Source: a virus. Taken from it: DNA of 64,000 nt. Both the position numbers and the translations under genes were made by a program. Position 1 is the stretch's first letter, and each line of letters opens with the position of its first letter. Below are positions 57,913 through 64,000 of the stretch, piece after piece. Location: the IMG/VR virus record IMGVR_UViG_3300025785_001261, positions 22,318-86,317 of that record; one strand, given 5' to 3'. Below the pieces are notes generated by a model. It worked only from the letters and a program-made list of their open reading frames with translations, searched no databases and was not told the DNA's origin.

Positions 57913-58929
57913 ATGACAACTCTATTCCGCAAGGCAGCTGTTTGTACGGACATCCATTTTGGACTTAAATCAAACAGTCTGGTACACAATCAAGACTGTG
58001 AAGCATTTATCGATTGGTTTATAGCAACTGCTCGGGCCGAAGGTTGCGAAACCGGCATGTTCCTAGGTGACTGGCATCACCATCGTGCCAGTATCAACCT
58101 ACAGACTCTGCACGTTAGCCTGCGTAGCCTGGAAAAACTCAGTGCCGCATTTGATCAATTTTATTTTATACCAGGCAATCATGATCTATACTATCGTGAC
58201 AAGCGTGACATACACGGTGCCGAGTGGGCACAACACCTGCCCAACATCACAGTGGTCAATGACTGGTTTAAACAGGACGATGTGATCATTGCGCCTTGGC
58301 TGGTCGGGGACGACCACAAGAAACTGCCCAAAATGTCAGCCAAGTACATGTTTGGACATTTTGAACTGCCGCACTTCAAGATGAATGCCATGGTAGAAAT
58401 GCCAGATCACGGCGAAGTCAAAGTAGAAAATTTTAGCGGTGTTGAAAGCGTGTATTCCGGTCACTTTCACTTGCGTCAAAAGAAAAAGAATATCAACTAT
58501 ATTGGTAACTGCTTTCCGCACAACTTTGCCGACGCCGGTGATGCAGACCGTGGCATGATGATCTTAGAATGGGGACAGCCTGAAAAATATCTGGCATGGC
58601 CAGGACAACCGCTTTATCGTGTTATGAAGTTGAGCGAGGTCATTGACAATGGTAAAAATATACTGGTGCCCAACATGCATGTGCGGGTAGAATTGGATAT
58701 TGATATCAGCTACGAAGAAGCCAATTTTATCAAAGAAACATTCATCAAAGATCACAACTTGAGAGAAATGGCATTGATACCCAGCAAACGCACCGACATT
58801 GATATTGACATGGCGCCAGGCGAGGTCAAGTTTGAAAGTGTGGATCAGATTGTTACAGATCAGTTGACCAATATTGAAAGTGAATTTTACGATCCTAAGC
58901 TCTTGTTAAAAATCTATCAGAACCTATGA
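57913..58929 (+). CDS. gp47: Recombination endonuclease (gp47 / Mre11-SbcD-like)
   Basis: TDIHFG, LGDWHH, PGNHD, GHFE, SGHFH metallophosphoesterase motifs. Confidence 0.93.
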   Translation: MTTLFRKAAVCTDIHFGLKSNSLVHNQDCEAFIDWFIATARAEGCETGMFLGDWHHHRASINLQTLHVSLRSLEKLSAAFDQFYFIPGNHDLYYRDKRDIHGAEWAQHLPNITVVNDWFKQDDVIIAPWLVGDDHKKLPKMSAKYMFGHFELPHFKMNAMVEMPDHGEVKVENFSGVESVYSGHFHLRQKKKNINYIGNCFPHNFADAGDADRGMMILEWGQPEKYLAWPGQPLYRVMKLSEVIDNGKNILVPNMHVRVELDIDISYEEANFIKETFIKDHNLREMALIPSKRTDIDIDMAPGEVKFESVDQIVTDQLTNIESEFYDPKLLLKIYQNL

Positions 58930-59732
58930 TTTATTGCGTTTGGTATCCTAGTGGAGGCTTTGGGCATTTTATCAACGGCATATTAACCTTGCATGGTGAA
59001 GGATTTAAACGTCCAACCGATAATAAAATACCGTTTAGCTCAACCGGCGATAGTCATGGCTTAGAGCTGGTGGCTCCAAAATATACTGCAAATTATAGTC
59101 ATGAATTTGACCCTGCATGCAATTATAGTGTGCTTGTGGACTTAGGAATCAACTCGAATAGTCGTAATTTCATGCTGGAATTTCCAGGAGCCAAGTTTAT
59201 CAAAGTCTGCTATACCGATACATCGTGGCCTGTTGTAGCCAGGACTATGATTGATAAGGCTATGCGATCATCGATCGAAGCCGAACTAATTGTAGACTCA
59301 GACTCGTGGACCTCTGCAGAACCCTGGGCACAACGTGAAAAATATTTTTTGTTCTTACGAGATCATGCATTAAGGACCGCATGGCGTCCTGAACCTGGTA
59401 TCGATTGTGTAGGTGTTGACTGTTTGCTTGACTATGATGAATTAAAACACACAATCGAACATACTGGTATAAAACTCACTGGGTTCGAAGGATTATGGAA
59501 AGAATGGTATGCCCATAATGAAAAATACTTTGTGCCTATAACTATAGCTAAACAAGTGTTAGACAACATCAAAAAACAAAAATCATTTGATTTGACACCC
59601 ATCAAAGATATTTGGACGCAAGCTGTAATTTATTATTTCATATGGACAGAGTTTGAGAAAGAAGTACCTCACAATGATTTTGAGAATTTTTTCAGCGACA
59701 CAGATCAAATAACACAATGGCTCAACCAATAA
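58926..59732 (+). CDS. Hypothetical protein (weak sulfotransferase/P-loop-like N-terminus)
   Basis: 268 aa, YPSGGFGHFI; ATGA-coupled to gp47. Confidence 0.65.
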   Translation: MIYCVWYPSGGFGHFINGILTLHGEGFKRPTDNKIPFSSTGDSHGLELVAPKYTANYSHEFDPACNYSVLVDLGINSNSRNFMLEFPGAKFIKVCYTDTSWPVVARTMIDKAMRSSIEAELIVDSDSWTSAEPWAQREKYFLFLRDHALRTAWRPEPGIDCVGVDCLLDYDELKHTIEHTGIKLTGFEGLWKEWYAHNEKYFVPITIAKQVLDNIKKQKSFDLTPIKDIWTQAVIYYFIWTEFEKEVPHNDFENFFSDTDQITQWLNQ

Positions 59733-60487
59733 AATTATTAACCATTGCTGACGGGTTTGGCGACAGTCGGGCGGTGCCTGCATGGTATCCTGATTACATC
59801 AAGTGGCCGGAAATAATTCAATTAATGACTCGCGGCGTTGAGTTGCATAACCTGTCTCGATATGGTGCCGGTAATGAATATATAGTTCAATGCTTACGTA
59901 ACAACTTGACAGAAAAACATGCTGTATTGATACAATGGGCAGAACCAAACAGATTGGATTTGGTTTTGTCCCACGACCTTGAATACACAGAATTTTGGAA
60001 TCAAGAAATAGAAAATGACCCTGTTTACAACAACAATGTTGTTCAACTCGGTCATGCTCGCATATGGGTCTCAAGTGCGTCGACTAGGCCTGCGATTCAA
60101 GAATATCATAAAAAATTCATTGGCCATCAACAACACCAAATTCGATCGCAATTTTACGTTGATTATGCTACACTGCTGTTAGCACAAGTACAGCATGGAT
60201 TTTTATTGACTAAAAATAGTGAATATCTCAGCGAAACTGTTACTGACCATGCCAATTGGTTTTGGCATGATCAGTTCCAGGGTATGTGTGAGTTTAGGCA
60301 TCAGAGTAAGTATGTTGATTTAGAATTAGGATTGGTTCAACCAACGCCGTTGGTACAGTTTGATTTTGTCAGGCAATTTATACAACCAAGGTTTGATTTG
60401 CCTTGGCGAAACGATCGAGAGATCAACGCAGTCGAAGCAATGTTGTACAGGAAATACAAAGAATCAATTAAAAATAGACCCCAATGA
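59717..60487 (+). CDS. SGNH-hydrolase-like protein with degenerate catalytic residues
   Basis: LLTIADGFG, WPEII, NLSRYGAGNEYI, VLIQW..P.R.D, QPTP. Confidence 0.6.
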   Translation: MAQPIKLLTIADGFGDSRAVPAWYPDYIKWPEIIQLMTRGVELHNLSRYGAGNEYIVQCLRNNLTEKHAVLIQWAEPNRLDLVLSHDLEYTEFWNQEIENDPVYNNNVVQLGHARIWVSSASTRPAIQEYHKKFIGHQQHQIRSQFYVDYATLLLAQVQHGFLLTKNSEYLSETVTDHANWFWHDQFQGMCEFRHQSKYVDLELGLVQPTPLVQFDFVRQFIQPRFDLPWRNDREINAVEAMLYRKYKESIKNRPQ

Positions 60488-62247
60488 TACATATAAAAAA
60501 TCTCACTGTTCGTAACTTTATGAGTGTGGGCAATACCACCCAGGCCATTGACTTTGATCGGCAGGACCTAACTCTGGTCTTGGGTGAGAACTTGGATCTA
60601 GGCGGTGATGGTAGTCGCAACGGCACAGGTAAGACCACCATCATCAATGCCCTAAGCTATGCCTTGTATGGACAGGCGCTTAGTAACATACGCAAAGATA
60701 ATCTGGTCAACAAGACCAACGGCAAGGGCATGATGGTTAGCCTGGAGTTTAGCTCTGGCTCACAAGACTACAAGATTGAACGTGGTCGCAAGCCCAATGT
60801 GTTGAAGTTTTATGTCAACAGCCAAGAACAGGTCATCACTGACGAAGCACAAGGCGACAGCAGAGAAACACAGGAAGCCATCGAAACTACCTTGGGTCTA
60901 AGTCACGACATGTTCAAGCACATCATGGCCTTGAACACCTATACTGAACCGTTTTTGAGTTTGAAAGCCAATGAACAGCGTACCATTATTGAACAACTCT
61001 TAGGTATCACACAGTTGAGCGAGCGTGCTGATCGTATCAAAGAGCTCAACAAGGAAACCAAAGATGGCATACAGCAGGAGGAGTTTCGTATTCGTGCTGT
61101 ACAAGAAGCCAACAAGCGTATTGAAGAACAGATCGATTCGCTCAAACGCAAACAGGGACTGTGGGTCAAAAAACATGAAGAAAGTATCAAAGAACTCGAG
61201 ACGGCCTTACAGGCGTTACAGAATATACAAATTGAAGTGGAAATACAAGCGCACAAAGATCACAAGGCATGGGATCAGCGACGCAAGGATATCAACGATC
61301 TATCAGGTCAGATCAGCCGCACGAAACTGGACATTGACCGTGAGAACAAAGCGATTTCCAAACTATCCAAGGAAATCGAGACGCTCGAAAACCATGAGTG
61401 TCATACATGCGGTCAATCATTCCACGACAGTAAGCACCAACAGGTCCTGGAAGGTAAACAGACGGATCTGGTGGGAGCGCGAGAAGCGTGCCAGACTCAT
61501 ACTGCCACACTGGCAGAGCTGGAGACTGCCTTTGAAACCTTGGGCACGCTAGGCAAGCCGCCCGAGATGTTCTACGACAACGAAGCTGATGCTATCCAGC
61601 ATCAGGCCACTGTGACTACCTTGCAACAGCAGATTGCTGGCAAGACTGTCGAAACTGATCCGTATACCGAACAGATCGAAGAAATGAATTCTAAAGCCCT
61701 ACAGGAGGTCACATATGATACACTTAATGAACTTACTCGTTTACAAGAACACCAAGACTTCTTGCTCAAACTGCTCACCAGCAAGGACTCATTCATCCGC
61801 AAGAAAATTATTGAACAGAATCTTAGCTATCTCAACGCTAGACTGACACACTACCTGGACCGTGTAGGACTTCCGCATACAGTGGTGTTTCAGAACGACC
61901 TTACAGTTTCAATTGAAGAGCTGGGTCGCGAATTAGACTTTGACAACTTGAGTCGCGGTGAACGCAATAGACTTATCTTGAGCATGAGCTGGGCCTTCCG
62001 TGATGTGTTTGAGAGCCTGTATCAACCCATCAACTTGCTGTTCATTGACGAAATGATTGACAACGGTCTTGATACCGCTGGTGTAGAATCAGCCTTGGCC
62101 CTGTTGAAACAGATGAGTCGTGATCGACACAAATCAATCTGGTTGGTCAGCCACAGAGATGAACTGACTGGACGTGTGGAAAACATACTCAAGGTCATCA
62201 AGGAAAACGGCTTTACTAGTTACAATACGGATGTGGAAATAGCATGA
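60484..62247 (+). CDS. gp46: Recombination ATPase (gp46 / Rad50-SbcC-like)
   Basis: NFMSVG, Walker A NGTGKTT, coiled coil with CHTC zinc hook, LSRGE signature, LFIDE Walker B, VSH. Confidence 0.95.
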   Translation: MIHIKNLTVRNFMSVGNTTQAIDFDRQDLTLVLGENLDLGGDGSRNGTGKTTIINALSYALYGQALSNIRKDNLVNKTNGKGMMVSLEFSSGSQDYKIERGRKPNVLKFYVNSQEQVITDEAQGDSRETQEAIETTLGLSHDMFKHIMALNTYTEPFLSLKANEQRTIIEQLLGITQLSERADRIKELNKETKDGIQQEEFRIRAVQEANKRIEEQIDSLKRKQGLWVKKHEESIKELETALQALQNIQIEVEIQAHKDHKAWDQRRKDINDLSGQISRTKLDIDRENKAISKLSKEIETLENHECHTCGQSFHDSKHQQVLEGKQTDLVGAREACQTHTATLAELETAFETLGTLGKPPEMFYDNEADAIQHQATVTTLQQQIAGKTVETDPYTEQIEEMNSKALQEVTYDTLNELTRLQEHQDFLLKLLTSKDSFIRKKIIEQNLSYLNARLTHYLDRVGLPHTVVFQNDLTVSIEELGRELDFDNLSRGERNRLILSMSWAFRDVFESLYQPINLLFIDEMIDNGLDTAGVESALALLKQMSRDRHKSIWLVSHRDELTGRVENILKVIKENGFTSYNTDVEIA

Positions 62248-62768
62248 AGATTGCAGTAACCGGGCATACTGCTGGAATTGGTTTGGCTATTGTAGATTTT
62301 TTCAAAGATAATCATGAAGTCATTGGCTTTAGTAGGGCCAATGGTTACAACTTGGAGGATGTTGATAGTATAGTATCGGTTGCCAAACATGTTGATGTGT
62401 TTGTAAATAATGCTTACTACCAATACCAGCAGTGCGAAATTTTAAAACAATTGGCTCGTTGTTGGCAAGGCACAAACAAACACATCATCAATATAGGTAG
62501 CACCTGTGTAAACTATTCTCGAATTGAGGCAGAACTGGACAATGATCCTTGGGAATATCGTGATCACAAAACAGCTCTTGAAAAAATGTTTAGGGTATTG
62601 GTCAAACAGTCAGATGCCTGTGCAATCAGCTTGATTAATCCCGGACCGGTTGATACCGATATGATTCGTCATTTGACTGTACCAAAATTATCTCCGGTGG
62701 ATGTTGCCCAAGCTATCAATCTCATGATAGAGAATAAAAAAATAAAGGAACTTACACTGTGGGCATAA
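62244..62768 (+). CDS. Short-chain dehydrogenase/reductase (minimal SDR)
   Basis: VTGHTAGIG, NNA, IINIGS, YRDHK (YxxxK), PGPVDT. Confidence 0.85.
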   Translation: MKIAVTGHTAGIGLAIVDFFKDNHEVIGFSRANGYNLEDVDSIVSVAKHVDVFVNNAYYQYQQCEILKQLARCWQGTNKHIINIGSTCVNYSRIEAELDNDPWEYRDHKTALEKMFRVLVKQSDACAISLINPGPVDTDMIRHLTVPKLSPVDVAQAINLMIENKKIKELTLWA

Positions 62769-63859
62769 ATTGGCAATTTTATCATTGGCACCTAGAACCC
62801 AGTGCTGTATGCACAGTTCGGTGTCCACGTTGTCCCAGAGTAGAACATCCAGACACTCCGTGGCTCAACAAAAACATGACCTTAGATTTTGTAAAAAAGT
62901 TTTTTACAGAAGAAATGTTGCTGAATCAAGTCAAACGTGTGACCATGTGCGGTGATGTGGGTGATCCTATCTACTGCAAGGAATACATTGAAATTTGTCG
63001 CTATATCAAATCAGTTAATCCTGATATTCATATCTTTACAATTACCAACGGTAGCTACAAAAAACCCGAATGGTGGCGCGAGTTAGCGTTGGTGCTAAAT
63101 GACCGCGACACTATTAACTTTAGTGTTGACGGTTACGACAATACCAGCAACAACCTGTATCGTGTCAACAGCAATTTTGAAAGCATTATGCAGGGCATAA
63201 AAACTGTGCGTGAAACCAACAAAGATGTGTTTCTTGTTTGGGCAACTATTATTTTTTCGTTCAATCAAGACTATCTGGACAACATTGTTTCGCAGGCTGG
63301 CCAGTTGAAGATGGATGCTATACAATGGACTCGAAGCACGAAGTTTGGCAGTGTGTATGGCGGCTATGGTGGTAAAAATGATCCGCTGGAACCACGTGCT
63401 GAATTTATTAGCAAGACACACAGATACGAGCGAGAGGTTGTGAATATCAGTGGGCGTCAACAAAACAATCATGACTATTTAGAGCACAATCAGAAAAAAT
63501 ATTTTGAAATCAAAGAGCAGTATAAGGATGCACCCGTAACTCCGTTGTGTGAGATTGGTAATCGCGGCGTGTATGTCAATGCCGAAGGTGTGGTATTTCC
63601 TTGTAGTTGGGTAAGTTTTCCATATCATAGCCTTACCCACGGCGATAAAACTATTGAATGGAAGGACGGTTTTTTTGCCAAATATCGCGAGCGCATGAGC
63701 CTCCACAATCGATCCTTTGAAGAAATCATTACTGATCCTTTGTGGAACAAGTGCAGTCAGGGATTTACTGATTCAAATAAAACTTGGGTTGAGTGTGGGC
63801 AAAAATGTTCTACACCTGTGGTTACTGAAAACTATGCAGTTGGTTGGGAAACGAACTAA
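62759..63859 (+). CDS. Radical SAM protein with C-terminal SPASM/twitch domain
   Basis: CTVRCPRC, CGDVGDP, ITNG, FSVDG; C-terminal LC...VNAEG.VFPC...CGQKC. Confidence 0.9.
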   Translation: MGINWQFYHWHLEPSAVCTVRCPRCPRVEHPDTPWLNKNMTLDFVKKFFTEEMLLNQVKRVTMCGDVGDPIYCKEYIEICRYIKSVNPDIHIFTITNGSYKKPEWWRELALVLNDRDTINFSVDGYDNTSNNLYRVNSNFESIMQGIKTVRETNKDVFLVWATIIFSFNQDYLDNIVSQAGQLKMDAIQWTRSTKFGSVYGGYGGKNDPLEPRAEFISKTHRYEREVVNISGRQQNNHDYLEHNQKKYFEIKEQYKDAPVTPLCEIGNRGVYVNAEGVVFPCSWVSFPYHSLTHGDKTIEWKDGFFAKYRERMSLHNRSFEEIITDPLWNKCSQGFTDSNKTWVECGQKCSTPVVTENYAVGWETN

Positions 63860-63869
63860 GTATGAATCC

Positions 63870-64000
63870 ATGGTATGGTTGTACGAAAACTCTCAAATCT
63901 CAGAACTACCCGAAGACTGTGTCGGATTTGTCTATTTGATCACAAATAAACTATCTGGCCGGAAATATATTGGAAAAAAATTAGCAAAGTTTAGCAAGAC
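63870..64000 (+). CDS. GIY-YIG family nuclease (partial, runs off window)
   Basis: MVWLYEN...GFVYLITNKLSGRKYIGKK. Confidence 0.8.
   Translation, partial: MVWLYENSQISELPEDCVGFVYLITNKLSGRKYIGKKLAKFSK

Noticed and set aside
1-64000. Alternative genetic code, tRNAs, introns or inteins
   Set aside because: Genes are intact and tightly packed in the standard code with all three stops used; no cloverleaf, intron gap or intein motif was recognised by eye

Overview
The window is part of a large T4-superfamily (contractile-tailed, probably jumbo) phage genome in the standard genetic code, densely coded with many ATGA/GTGA/TAATG overlaps. Order: (1) 1-5.5 kb, small accessory ORFs, a HEXXH-metallopeptidase/vWA protein, a 2OG-Fe(II) oxygenase and GroES. 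(2) 5.5-27 kb, a roughly 21 kb enzyme island: NAD-dependent sugar epimerase/dehydratase, DegT/StrS PLP aminotransferase, amidinotransferase, NodU/CmcH carbamoyltransferase, five N-terminal-twitch radical SAM enzymes, a 2OG oxygenase and seven glycosyltransferase-like proteins in three paralog families. (3) 27-56.8 kb, a minus-strand tail/baseplate module: fibre proteins, a 4968-aa virion protein, and gp6-, gp25-, gp5-, hub-, gp53- and gp48/54-like genes. (4) 56.9-64 kb, gp55 late sigma factor, gp47 and gp46 with two inserted genes, an SDR, a sixth radical SAM and a partial GIY-YIG nuclease. The main candidate for an undescribed system is the enzyme island, which looks like a phage-encoded pathway for an amino/amidino/carbamoyl-modified glycan next to the tail fibre genes; its target (virion, DNA or host surface) is unknown. 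All calls are motif-based recognition with no database searches. Several starts are moved from the ORF track to better-supported codons. No tRNA, rRNA, CRISPR array or transposase was seen.
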